Shown: one piece after another, positions 18,285 through 27,446 of the stretch
How the letters are laid out: the number at the start of each line of letters is the position of its first letter
How positions within the stretch are numbered: the first letter of the stretch is position 1
Virus record (IMG/VR): IMGVR_UViG_2541047830_000013
Reading direction: 5' to 3' (one strand)
From: a virus
Lineage: Duplodnaviria > Heunggongvirae > Uroviricota > Caudoviricetes
DNA: 38,621 bases
The notes under the pieces: generated by a model
What the model saw: only the letters and a program-made list of their open reading frames with translations
Databases searched by the model: none
Told to the model about the DNA's origin: nothing
Made by a program: the position numbers and the translations under genes

Positions 18285-18779
18285 ATGAGTATGGTTGCCA
18301 GAACTGAACCCGGACCCGCAGAGGACGACATCACCGATACCGATGATGGTGATACCCGTATTTCAGCGGGTGCATTCTGGCCGGATATTGTGCTGCGCGA
18401 GCTGCGTCTGGCGGTACGACTGCCGGGGCGCGTGACCACCTCCCGCCTGCTGCATACCGCCACCGGAGCTGTGGCACACGTTACCCGCGAGCTGGAAGCA
18501 TGGCAGCAGGAACAGCAGGCGGCTGGCCATCATACGCTGGCCGATGTTCCTGCACCCGTAATTAACGGAGAAAGCGTCAATCTCTGGCACTGGCGCAATG
18601 CTGTTTATACCGCCACACGCGCCCTGATTCTGGAGCGTTACCGCGATGCGGACACAACGGACAAGGGCGACCGCCGGGCGGACGCACTGGATATACAGAC
18701 ATCGGATTTGTGGCGCGATGTGAGCTGGGCCATCTCTGACATTCTGTGCCGCCCGCGAATATTTGCGGAGTTGTGCTGA
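18285..18779 (+). CDS. L: Head completion protein (P2 gpL-like)
   Basis: ATG 18285 with CAGGAG RBS (track GTG 18276); size and position match P2 L. Confidence 0.8.
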   Translation: MSMVARTEPGPAEDDITDTDDGDTRISAGAFWPDIVLRELRLAVRLPGRVTTSRLLHTATGAVAHVTRELEAWQQEQQAAGHHTLADVPAPVINGESVNLWHWRNAVYTATRALILERYRDADTTDKGDRRADALDIQTSDLWRDVSWAISDILCRPRIFAELC

Positions 18780-18979
18780 TGAAAGTGAAGGCACTGGAAG
18801 GCGACACCGTGGATTCGCTCTGTTTCCGGTACTACGGCACGACGCAGGGCGTCACCGAAAAGGTGCTGGATGCCAACCCCGGACTCTGTCAGCAGGTATT
18901 TCTGGACGCCGGGCAGGAAGTGGAGATGCCGGAGCCGGAGAAGAAGAAACGAGAAATGATTCAGTTGTGGGGGGAGTAG
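18779..18979 (+). CDS. X: Small tail protein (P2 gpX-like)
   Basis: ATG 18779 overlapping the L stop; 66 aa. Confidence 0.7.
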   Translation: MKVKALEGDTVDSLCFRYYGTTQGVTEKVLDANPGLCQQVFLDAGQEVEMPEPEKKKREMIQLWGE

Positions 18980-18981
18980 CA

Positions 18982-19305
18982 GTGAGCACCATTCAAACAG
19001 GGATCTCAGAGCAGGTTATTGCGTGGCTCTTTGACCATCTGCCAACGGTGTATGCAGTAGGCGCGGCGGTCAGCATTTCCGCGCTGATGAGTCTTTATGA
19101 CGGACGAACACTGGTTCAGACCGTAACGGGATCGCTGGCGTGCGGCGTTCTTGCCATGGCCGTGGCCGGGTCGTTGCGCTTCTTCGGTTTTCCTGAAGAT
19201 GCCGTGACGTTTATCGGCGCATCAATCGGTTTTATGGGGGCAGAGAAAGCACGCGACAAGGTTATTGCGGCCTTTAATCGCAGGGTGAAGGAGAAGGACG
19301 AATGA
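18982..19305 (+). CDS. Putative holin
   Basis: GTG 18982 with GGGGAG RBS; hydrophobic helices; immediately upstream of the endolysin. Confidence 0.55.
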   Translation: MSTIQTGISEQVIAWLFDHLPTVYAVGAAVSISALMSLYDGRTLVQTVTGSLACGVLAMAVAGSLRFFGFPEDAVTFIGASIGFMGAEKARDKVIAAFNRRVKEKDE

Positions 19306-19694
19306 GCAACACATTTAAATTCAGCAGCCGGAGCGAAAAGAATTTGCAGGGCGTAAACCCTGATCTGGTGAAAGTGACCCGACGGGCACTGGAAATCTCG
19401 GAAGTGGATTTTGGTATCACCGAAGGATTGCGCAGCCGTTACCGCCAGAAGCAACTTGTGGCCACGGGTAAGAGCCAGACCATGAACAGCCGCCACCTTA
19501 CGGGGCATGCTGTGGATGTTGTGGCTTATGTCGGCAGCCAGGTGTCATGGGAATGGTCGCTGTACGAAAAAATCGCAGCAGCATTCAGACAGGCCAGCCG
19601 GGAACTGAATATTCCGGTGGAATGGGGCGGAGACTGGAAGACCCTGAAAGACGGACCGCATTTTCAGTTACCACACGGAGCCTATCCGGCATGA
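19302..19694 (+). CDS. Endolysin, peptidase M15-type (L-Ala-D-Glu endopeptidase family)
   Basis: 130 aa with SRHLTGHAVDV signature typical of M15 phage endopeptidases; ATGA overlap with holin. Confidence 0.8.
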   Translation: MSNTFKFSSRSEKNLQGVNPDLVKVTRRALEISEVDFGITEGLRSRYRQKQLVATGKSQTMNSRHLTGHAVDVVAYVGSQVSWEWSLYEKIAAAFRQASRELNIPVEWGGDWKTLKDGPHFQLPHGAYPA

Positions 19695-20098
19695 AGCTCT
19701 GGCCCACGCTGGGTGTCGCTTTCCTTCTGATTGCCGCATGGGGAACATCCATGCGTCTGTCGTGGTCGCTGGGCCGGGAGAACGCCAGAAACGAAGCGCA
19801 GGCCAGCGCCCTGAAAAGTACCGCCGACACCCTGAATATCATCAGCACCGGGGTACAGGATATGCAGCAGGTGCTGGCGCAACTCCGCGTGGAAAATCAA
19901 CAGCGAAATCAGGACGGAGAGGCCAGACGTGAACAGCTACGCAACGATATTGCAAAAGATGAATGCGCCCACGCTTTGCCTGACGCTCGTTTTACTGACA
20001 GGTTGCGCAGGCACGCAGAACGCGCCACTGCCAGCACCGTCAGTCCGGCTTATACCGCAGACGCTGACCATACCGGTAACACCTCCCCCCTTCCCTGA
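19691..20098 (+). CDS. i-spanin (Rz / LysB-like)
   Basis: N-terminal TM helix LWPTLGVAFLLIAAW then coiled-coil-like region; follows the endolysin. Confidence 0.65.
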   Translation: MKLWPTLGVAFLLIAAWGTSMRLSWSLGRENARNEAQASALKSTADTLNIISTGVQDMQQVLAQLRVENQQRNQDGEARREQLRNDIAKDECAHALPDARFTDRLRRHAERATASTVSPAYTADADHTGNTSPLP

Positions 20099-20249
20099 TA
20101 CTCCCACATGGGGAAATCTCGGTATATGGGGTGACCGCCTTCTGGATGCACTGGAAACCTGTAACGCGGATAAACGGGCCATTGAATTACTGGAACAGCG
20201 CAGGCTGCAACGACTGAACAACGAGGACAACAACCATGCTGAAAACTGA
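19959..20249 (+). CDS. o-spanin lipoprotein (Rz1 / LysC-like), overlapping the i-spanin in another frame
   Basis: Signal peptide with lipobox LLTGC; proline-rich; begins inside the i-spanin gene and extends past it. Confidence 0.6.
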   Translation: MNAPTLCLTLVLLTGCAGTQNAPLPAPSVRLIPQTLTIPVTPPPFPDTPTWGNLGIWGDRLLDALETCNADKRAIELLEQRRLQRLNNEDNNHAEN

Positions 20250-20703
20250 TTCCCTGCGTGAAGCCATGACCCGTTCATGCCGATGGTGTCAGGCCAACCC
20301 GGAAAAATTCACCATTTTCGTGGAGAGCGGCAACATTGAAACGACCGGAGAAACGCCCTCGTTTGTTTACCGCTATCAGATGGTGATGTTTGTCATGGAT
20401 TACGCCGGGGAGCTGGACGACCTGACGCTGCCGCTGCTGGCGTGGTTGTCGGAGAATCAGCCGCAGTTGTTGCTCAACCCTGAGCGTAATCAGGACATCA
20501 AATTTTCTGCCGTTATTAATGACGATGACAGCGCCGACATCCTGTTTACACTGCCCCTGCGGGAGCGCGTTCGCGTCACGCGCAGCAGTCAGGGCACACC
20601 GCAGGCAGAACACCTGCCGGAGCCCAAACCCCGCCTGCCATCTTCCGAAGGCAACTGGTCACATGTATTCCAGGATGTGACGTGGGGCGAAAGCGATGGA
20701 TAA
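20236..20703 (+). CDS. R: Tail completion protein (P2 gpR-like)
   Basis: 155 aa, same size and position as P2 R. Confidence 0.85.
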   Translation: MLKTDSLREAMTRSCRWCQANPEKFTIFVESGNIETTGETPSFVYRYQMVMFVMDYAGELDDLTLPLLAWLSENQPQLLLNPERNQDIKFSAVINDDDSADILFTLPLRERVRVTRSSQGTPQAEHLPEPKPRLPSSEGNWSHVFQDVTWGESDG

Positions 20704-21331
20704 GGCATTCACCCGCGCGGATGAAACCTTCGAGGCTATCCGCGACAGCCTGAATCAGCAGGCCATCAATAACATCGCCAGAAAGCTGGCACAGGATTTA
20801 CGCCGCGCCCAGCAGGCACGTATCCGGTCACAGAAAGCGCCGGACGGGACTGCATGGACACCACGCAGACGCCGCGTAACCCGGATACAGGAGCGCATTC
20901 GCTTTATCTGGAATAACGAAACACGCACGCTGAAAAACTGGCATCACGACACGGGGAAATACGGGCGAACCATTACCGGGTGGGATGAGGATAAAAACAA
21001 TATCCGCACGTTTTACCGGGATGACATCGACCGTTTTCTGGAAATACGCACCCGGCGTATCAACCAGGACAGCACAAAGCACGTCCCCATGTTCGTGAAA
21101 CTGCGCACCACCCGTTACCTGAAAGCCCGCGCGGATGCCTCCGGTGTGACGGTGGGTTACAGCGGCGTGGCCGCACGTATTGCACGCGTTCATCAGTTCG
21201 GCGAGCGCGATCAGGTTGCGCCGGGCATTTTCACCGATTACCCGGTACGTGAGCTGCTGGGTATCAGTCAGGCAGATGAACGCCTGATTTATAACACGGT
21301 GCTGGGCCGGATTGCGGAGGCTGTACGGTGA
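20696..21331 (+). CDS. S: Tail completion / virion morphogenesis protein (P2 gpS-like)
   Basis: Position between R and V; 211 aa. Confidence 0.8.
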   Translation: MDKAFTRADETFEAIRDSLNQQAINNIARKLAQDLRRAQQARIRSQKAPDGTAWTPRRRRVTRIQERIRFIWNNETRTLKNWHHDTGKYGRTITGWDEDKNNIRTFYRDDIDRFLEIRTRRINQDSTKHVPMFVKLRTTRYLKARADASGVTVGYSGVAARIARVHQFGERDQVAPGIFTDYPVRELLGISQADERLIYNTVLGRIAEAVR

Positions 21332-21909
21332 GCGCAGAACTCATGCGACTGCTGAGCAACATCATCCGCACCGGGATCATCTCTGAAGTTGACGAGGAAT
21401 CCTGGTGCGTGCGCGTTCGCAGCGGCGAACTGGAAACAGGCTGGCTGCGCTGGAACACCACACGCGCGGGAGCCTTTAACGTGTGGCTTCCGCCATCACC
21501 CGGCGAACAGGTGGTCATTGCCTGCATCGGCGGCAATCCGGAAACCGCCATGATAATTGGCAGTCTGTGGAGTGATGCCAATCCGGCACCCGGCAAAAAC
21601 CTGAAAGAAATCGTGGTCAGCGCGCCGGATGGCGCGGTGTTCCGCTACGACGCGGACGCAGGCGCACTGAGCGCCAGCGGCATGAGAACGGCCACCCTGC
21701 AGGCATCCGTCAGTGTGACACTGGACACGCCTGTTGTGGAATGCACAGACCTTCTGAGAACAGCGACGCTTGACGTCACAAAAGGGGGAAAGATGAGCGG
21801 CAATATCACGCACAGCGGCGGCGATTTCACCTCAAACGGCATCACAGTGCATACGCATAAGCACGGTGGCGTTAAAGGTGGCAGCGATTCGACAGGAGGC
21901 CCGCAGTGA
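21328..21909 (+). CDS. V: Baseplate spike protein (P2 gpV-like)
   Basis: NIIRTGII and HTHKHGG segments match P2 gpV as recalled; GTG start overlapping the S stop. Confidence 0.85.
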   Translation: MSAELMRLLSNIIRTGIISEVDEESWCVRVRSGELETGWLRWNTTRAGAFNVWLPPSPGEQVVIACIGGNPETAMIIGSLWSDANPAPGKNLKEIVVSAPDGAVFRYDADAGALSASGMRTATLQASVSVTLDTPVVECTDLLRTATLDVTKGGKMSGNITHSGGDFTSNGITVHTHKHGGVKGGSDSTGGPQ

Positions 21910-22256
21910 CAACCCGCTACACAGGAATGAACCCGGACGGGACGGGAAACCTGAACGATATGGAGCACCTGAAACAGTCAGTCAGGGACATCCTGACCAC
22001 CCCGCTGGCAAGCCGGGTTATGCGACGGGAATATGGCAGCCTTGTGCCTGATTTGATTGACGAACCCATGAATAACACCACGCGTCTGCAATGCATGAGT
22101 GCTGCCGTGATTGCACTGACGCGATGGGAACCCCGCATTGCCCTGGACGCCATCGACGTTGTCTGGAAGGCAGGAGGCCGCGCCGGGGTGACGCTGTCGG
22201 GCACTGTCATGCAGACCATGCAGAATGTTGAATTAACCATCACGCTGAGGGAGTAA
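21906..22256 (+). CDS. W: Baseplate protein (P2 gpW-like, gp25 family)
   Basis: VTTRYTGMN and SRVMRREYGSL segments match P2 gpW as recalled. Confidence 0.85.
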   Translation: MTTRYTGMNPDGTGNLNDMEHLKQSVRDILTTPLASRVMRREYGSLVPDLIDEPMNNTTRLQCMSAAVIALTRWEPRIALDAIDVVWKAGGRAGVTLSGTVMQTMQNVELTITLRE

Positions 22257-22259
22257 ATC

Positions 22260-23156
22260 ATGCCTGCCGTTGACCTTTCCCAGTTACCGGAACCCGCCAT
22301 CATCGCGGAGCCTGACTTTGAGGCAATTCTGGCTGATACAAAGGCCATGATGATTGCGGCTTATCCCGCCGAACAGCGTGAAGCCGTCTCCGCCGCGCTG
22401 GAGCTGGAATCGGAGCCCCTGAACGTTATCGCCCAGACAACAGCGTTTCGTGAAATGCTGTTACGCCAGCGGGTCAATGAGGGTGCACGCGCCTGCATGC
22501 TAAGCCACAGCGCCGGGACAGACCTGGACAACCTTGCGGGCAATATGAACACAAAGCGCCTGGTTATCACTCCGGCAACGGATACCACCGACGCGGTGAT
22601 GGAAAGTGACACCTCACTGAGACTGCGGGCGCAACGGGCGTATGACGGTCTGAGTGTTGCTGGCCCGTCAGGTGCATACGAGTATTTTGCACGCAGCGCC
22701 AGCGGTCTGGTACGCGACGCGCGGGCCATCAGCCCGTCTCCGGCCAACGTGACGGTTTCCATTCTGTCCACTGAGGGCGACGGCACAGCAACGGAGGCGT
22801 TGCTTAATACCGTTCGCGCCGTTCTGAATGCAGAGGATACCCGCCCGGTGGCCGACCGCCTGACCGTACAGAGCGCCAGAATCGTGACATGGCGGCTGAA
22901 TGCAAAACTGTACTTCTACCCCGGCCCGGAATCCGAACCTATTCTGGCTGCGGCTGAATCGTCGTTCAGGAAGTGGCTGGCTGAGCAGGGGCTTATCGGT
23001 CAGGACGTGGCGTTATCCGCCATTGCTGCCGCACTGCATGTGCACGGTGTGCAACGCGTGGAGATAACCGAACCCACACAGAATATGTCCATCAGCGACA
23101 TACAGGCGGCGCGCTGTGAGTCGTTCACCATCAGCGAAGGTGGACGTAATGAGTAA
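22260..23156 (+). CDS. J: Baseplate protein (P2 gpJ-like)
   Basis: 298 aa; position and size. Confidence 0.85.
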   Translation: MPAVDLSQLPEPAIIAEPDFEAILADTKAMMIAAYPAEQREAVSAALELESEPLNVIAQTTAFREMLLRQRVNEGARACMLSHSAGTDLDNLAGNMNTKRLVITPATDTTDAVMESDTSLRLRAQRAYDGLSVAGPSGAYEYFARSASGLVRDARAISPSPANVTVSILSTEGDGTATEALLNTVRAVLNAEDTRPVADRLTVQSARIVTWRLNAKLYFYPGPESEPILAAAESSFRKWLAEQGLIGQDVALSAIAAALHVHGVQRVEITEPTQNMSISDIQAARCESFTISEGGRNE

Positions 23157-23676
23157 TTCGTTGTTACCACCATCAGCCAGCAATTTCATGCGTTGTGCCG
23201 AAGCCGTCGGAACACGCATTACAGACATTCCGGTAGACCTCAACACGCTGTGGTCGCCGGACACCTGCCCGGTACATCTGCTGCCTTATCTCGCCTGGGC
23301 GTTTTCCGTTGACCGCTGGGATCGCAACTGGCCGGAAGAGACAAAGCGACAGGTGATTCGTGATGCATGGCTGATACACCGACACAAAGGAACCATCAGC
23401 GCCCTGCGACGAGCCATTGAACCGCTGGGATACCTCATTCGCGTGTCTGAGTGGTGGGAGTTCGACGGCGAACCCGGAACATTCAAGGTTGATGTTGGCA
23501 CGCTGGACAGTGGTGTGACCGAGGAAATGTATCTGGAAATGGAACGGCTGATTGCCGATGCCAAACCCGCAAGTCGGCACCTTATCGGCCTGAACATTAT
23601 CCAGGACATTCCCGGCTATCTGTATACAGGCGGTGTGGTCTGTGATGGTGATGTTATTACTGTTTATCCCGGATAA
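23149..23676 (+). CDS. I: Baseplate / tail protein (P2 gpI-like)
   Basis: ATG 23149 with RBS; 175 aa. Confidence 0.8.
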   Translation: MSNSLLPPSASNFMRCAEAVGTRITDIPVDLNTLWSPDTCPVHLLPYLAWAFSVDRWDRNWPEETKRQVIRDAWLIHRHKGTISALRRAIEPLGYLIRVSEWWEFDGEPGTFKVDVGTLDSGVTEEMYLEMERLIADAKPASRHLIGLNIIQDIPGYLYTGGVVCDGDVITVYPG

Positions 23677-23686
23677 GTGAGAAACA

Positions 23687-26311
23687 ATGAGCACGAAATT
23701 TAAAACCGTTATCACTACTGCCGGAGCCGCAAAGCTGGCAGCCGCCACTGTCCCCGGCGGGAAAAAAGTAAACCTGTCTGCAATGGCTGTGGGTGACGGT
23801 AATGGCAAATTGCCGGTGCCGGATGCCGGTCAGACGAAACTGGTGCATGAGGTCTGGCGTCACGCTCTGAATAAAGTCAGCGTGGATAACAAGAATAAAA
23901 ACTATATCGTGGCTGAACTGGTTGTTCCGCCAGAAGTGGGCGGCTTCTGGATGCGTGAGCTTGGTCTGTATGATGATGCCGGAACACTGATTGCGGTATC
24001 CAACATGGCAGAAAGCTATAAGCCAGAACTGGCTGAAGGCTCCGGGCGTGCGCAGACCTGCCGCATGGTTATTATTCTCAGCAACGTGGCGTCCGTTGAG
24101 CTGAGTATTGATGCCAGCACAGTGATGGCGACGCAGGATTACGTCGATGACAAAATCGCAGAGCATGAGCAGTCCCGCCGCCATCCTGACGCCACGCTGA
24201 CAGAAAAAGGTTTTACTCAGTTAAGCAGTGCAACAAACAGCACCAGTGAAAAGCTGGCAGCAACGCCAAAGGCAGTAAAAGCAGCCTATGACAATGCTGA
24301 GAAACGTCTGCAGAAAGACCAGAACGGTGGCGATATTCCAGATAAGGGCGCTTTTCTGGACAATATTGGCGTTACCAGCCTGACGTTTATGAAACACAAT
24401 GGAATGATTCCAACCACTGACAATCTTGATTCCTATGGCCCAGAAGAAAAATATCTTGGAACGTGGTCATGTCCGTCACAATCCACTGCAAAACCAGAGT
24501 CTGGTTACCCTGAAGATAAAGGCAATGGGGTTCTGGAAGTATTCAATGCTGGTCGCTTTCACTGCACACAACGCTACACCACCCGAACCGGTAATATTTA
24601 CATTCGGATGCTTGATGCAGAATGGAACCCTGTCAGTCCTGTATGGAGTGCATGGAGAGCTATTACAAGCGGGACTCGCCCATTAAGCACGTCAATTGAC
24701 CTGAATTCTTTAGGTGGTGCGGAACACCTGGGAATATGGCGCAATAGCAGTACATCAATAGCCTCATTTGACCGTCATTTCCCGGAGGAAGGGAGTTTTG
24801 GACAGGGTATTCTGGAAGTCTTTGAAGGCGGTCTGTATGGGAGGATGCAACGTTATACCACCCGTAGTGGGACTATGTACATTCGCGGACTGACAGCCTC
24901 ATGGGATGCAGAAAATCCACAATGGGAGGACTGGATTGCTGTTGGGTATCAGTCCACGGGATGGACTTATTCAGGGGATCTTGATGACCTTTTAAAGCCT
25001 GGTATTTATAGCGTCACGAAACAGGCCACAAATGCACCTGTCACCGACTCTAAAGATCTTGCTGTTGGCTCAATAGTTGAGGTGAAAAAACGTTGTGATA
25101 TTGAATCGTATATCCAGACATATACGACTGTTTCAGCAACGGATGCCTATAAAAACCGGACATTTCAGCGAACCCGCGCCAGCGGTGAAACTGACTGGGG
25201 GGAATGGGCGGAAGTATACAACTCAAAATCATTACTCACTAAATTAGGTGTCGGCGGTGTTACCGACAGGTTATCCAGTCTGGACTGGCAGACCTACGAC
25301 TTTATACCGGGCAGCATGATAACTGTCAGGCTTTCAGATATGACCAATATTCCCGATGGGATGGAATGGGGCGTCATTGATACTAACCTGATAAATATCA
25401 CTGTTGGCCCCAGTGAAGGCGGAGGTGTCGCCCGTTCAATGCAGGTATGGCGCAGCACTTCAAACAAAACCAACTATCGTTTTTTTACAGTCCGCTTATA
25501 TGGCAATCCTGGGGAGCGTAGCTTCAATATTCGTCGGCTACCAATTATCGACGAAGCCCAGACATGGGCAGCGAAACAGACATTCAGCGGTGGTCTTTCA
25601 GGTGAACTGTCCGGCAATGCGGCTACAGCAACAAAGCTGAAAACGGCAAGGACAATTAACGGCGTAAAATTTGACGGCTCGGCAAATATTGAAGCGTTTC
25701 CGCCTGGTGTTCCGCTGCCGTGGCCATCAGATACACCACCTGCAGGCTATGCAATCATGCAGGGGCAGACGTTTGATAAGGCAGCATATCCGAAACTGGC
25801 TATAGCCTATCCTTCTGGTGTTATTCCTGATATGCGCGGCTGGACAATCAAGGGCAAACCCGCCAGTGGGCGTGCCGTATTGTCACAGGAACAGGACGGG
25901 ATTAAATCGCATACTCACAGTGCCAGTGCGTCAAATACGGATTTGGGAACGAAAACAACCAGTTCGTTTGATTACGGGACGAAGACAGTCAGTACGTTTA
26001 ACTACGGAACAAAAACCACTAATACCACTGGTAACCATACACATACCATTTACAGAGGGAATGCCAATACTAATGGTGAAACCGGTAAAACAGGCTTTGA
26101 CAACCCATCGTTTAATGGCACATCAGGAGCTGCCGGGAATCATGCCCACACGGTAGATATTGGTGCACATAATCATACGGTTGGTATTGGTGCACATTCA
26201 CACACGGTTGCTATTGGCTCACACGGGCACTCTATTACCGTTAATGCTACAGGTAATACAGAAAACACCGTCAAAAACATCGCATTTAACTATATTGTGA
26301 GGCTTGCATAA
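23687..26311 (+). CDS. H: Tail fibre protein (P2 gpH-like N-terminus, divergent C-terminal tip with HxH repeats)
   Basis: 874 aa; C-terminus [33 protein letters not shown] encoded partly by tandem 27-bp repeats at 26161-26214. Confidence 0.85.
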   Translation: MSTKFKTVITTAGAAKLAAATVPGGKKVNLSAMAVGDGNGKLPVPDAGQTKLVHEVWRHALNKVSVDNKNKNYIVAELVVPPEVGGFWMRELGLYDDAGTLIAVSNMAESYKPELAEGSGRAQTCRMVIILSNVASVELSIDASTVMATQDYVDDKIAEHEQSRRHPDATLTEKGFTQLSSATNSTSEKLAATPKAVKAAYDNAEKRLQKDQNGGDIPDKGAFLDNIGVTSLTFMKHNGMIPTTDNLDSYGPEEKYLGTWSCPSQSTAKPESGYPEDKGNGVLEVFNAGRFHCTQRYTTRTGNIYIRMLDAEWNPVSPVWSAWRAITSGTRPLSTSIDLNSLGGAEHLGIWRNSSTSIASFDRHFPEEGSFGQGILEVFEGGLYGRMQRYTTRSGTMYIRGLTASWDAENPQWEDWIAVGYQSTGWTYSGDLDDLLKPGIYSVTKQATNAPVTDSKDLAVGSIVEVKKRCDIESYIQTYTTVSATDAYKNRTFQRTRASGETDWGEWAEVYNSKSLLTKLGVGGVTDRLSSLDWQTYDFIPGSMITVRLSDMTNIPDGMEWGVIDTNLINITVGPSEGGGVARSMQVWRSTSNKTNYRFFTVRLYGNPGERSFNIRRLPIIDEAQTWAAKQTFSGGLSGELSGNAATATKLKTARTINGVKFDGSANIEAFPPGVPLPWPSDTPPAGYAIMQGQTFDKAAYPKLAIAYPSGVIPDMRGWTIKGKPASGRAVLSQEQDGIKSHTHSASASNTDLGTKTTSSFDYGTKTVSTFNYGTKTTNTTGNHTHTIYRGNANTNGETGKTGFDNPSFNGTSGAAGNHAHTVDIGAHNHTVGIGAHSHTVAIGSHGHSITVNATGNTENTVKNIAFNYIVRLA

Positions 26312-26886
26312 TGGCTTTCAGAATGAGTGCAGAAGCACAAACTATCCGCGTTTTCAATTTACTTGATGGAACCAATGAATTTATTGGTGAAAGTGATGCA
26401 TATATTCCGCCGCATACAGGTCTGCCTGCAAACAGTACAGATATTGCACCACCTGATATTCCTGCTGGTTATGCAGCCGTTTTCAATGCAGATGAAATGA
26501 AATGGGAACTGATGGAAGATCATCGCGGAAAGACTGTCTACGAAACGAAAACGGGAGCAGCCATTTATATTTCTGAACTTGGTGTATTACCTCCAGACGT
26601 GACAGCCATTTCCCCGGATGGGGATTATCAGAAATGGAACGGAAATGCGTGGGTGAATGATGAGAATGCAGAGCATGATGCACTTGTCAGAGCGGCGGAG
26701 TCTCAGAAGAAAGAGCAGATTGCATATGCCGGTGAAATTATTGGCACTCTGCAGGATGCTGTCGATTTAGATATGGCTACCGAGGAAGAAAAGTTAAGCC
26801 TGACACACTGGAAAAAATACCGTGTGCTACTGAATCGCGTTCAGCCGGAAAATGCCCCTGATATCGAATGGCCAGAATTAGTGTAA
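26311..26886 (+). CDS. G: Tail fibre assembly chaperone (P2 gpG-like)
   Basis: ATG overlaps the H stop; 191 aa. Confidence 0.8.
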   Translation: MAFRMSAEAQTIRVFNLLDGTNEFIGESDAYIPPHTGLPANSTDIAPPDIPAGYAAVFNADEMKWELMEDHRGKTVYETKTGAAIYISELGVLPPDVTAISPDGDYQKWNGNAWVNDENAEHDALVRAAESQKKEQIAYAGEIIGTLQDAVDLDMATEEEKLSLTHWKKYRVLLNRVQPENAPDIEWPELV

Positions 26887-26907
26887 AGGCAAGATGATTT
26901 AAGGAAC

Positions 26908-26937
26908 AAAACCGCCAATATGTTTATTAGCGGTTTT
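26908..26937. terminator. Hairpin between convergent G and U genes (aaaaccgc / gcggtttt, 14-nt loop)
   Basis: Read directly; A-run and T-run flank the stem on both sides, so it could act bidirectionally. Confidence 0.4.
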
Positions 26938-26945
26938 GCATTAAG

Positions 26946-27434
26946 TCAAAACAACCCTTTAACGGAGCTGGCCGCGCTGTTAAGAGATGATGTGACCTTA
27001 TCTTTGAAGCCGGACAGCATATCGCTGAACGATGAGGATTGCAGGCGCTCCCGCAAATCCTCATCACAGCGTTCAAGGGTCAGTGAAAATTCTATCTTTT
27101 TCGCCTTACCGTAGCGATCAAACTCGGAACGGGTCGTATTCGTTTCGGTCAGGACATACATGCCGTAAATCTGCCCGACGCCATCAATCAGAGGCCAGGG
27201 GCGTCCGGTATACGCCTGCGTGGCCAGCAGAGACAGCGACACTTCGCCACCTGTAATTTCAGGATAAAGCACACCAGAAAGAACAATACGATCATCGCCA
27301 GCCCCGATATACTGCCAGCTTGCTGAACGGTTAACGCGTTCATTTTTCACATGTCGCCAGCTTTTATTTTGCTGTAACTGCTGATGCGGCAATGTGCGCA
27401 GCTCAAAAACAAACATGCCGTAGATCATCATCAT
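26946..27434 (-). CDS. U: Tail protein (P2 gpU-like)
   Basis: About 160 aa; start taken at the third Met (27434), 8 nt from GAGGAG; track start is 27440. Confidence 0.8.
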   Translation of the reverse strand: MMMIYGMFVFELRTLPHQQLQQNKSWRHVKNERVNRSASWQYIGAGDDRIVLSGVLYPEITGGEVSLSLLATQAYTGRPWPLIDGVGQIYGMYVLTETNTTRSEFDRYGKAKKIEFSLTLERCDEDLRERLQSSSFSDMLSGFKDKVTSSLNSAASSVKGLF

Positions 27435-27446
27435 GGCCATGACTCC

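Noticed and set aside
25940-26240. Tandem repeats that might suggest a CRISPR or VNTR array
   Set aside because: They are in-frame coding repeats within the tail-fibre gene (27-bp units encoding HxH motifs); no spacer/repeat architecture and no cas genes.
26887-26945. Site-specific invertase or invertible tail-fibre segment as the cause of the tail-block inversion
   Set aside because: No invertase gene and no inverted repeats at the two inversion junctions; H and G are intact and co-oriented.
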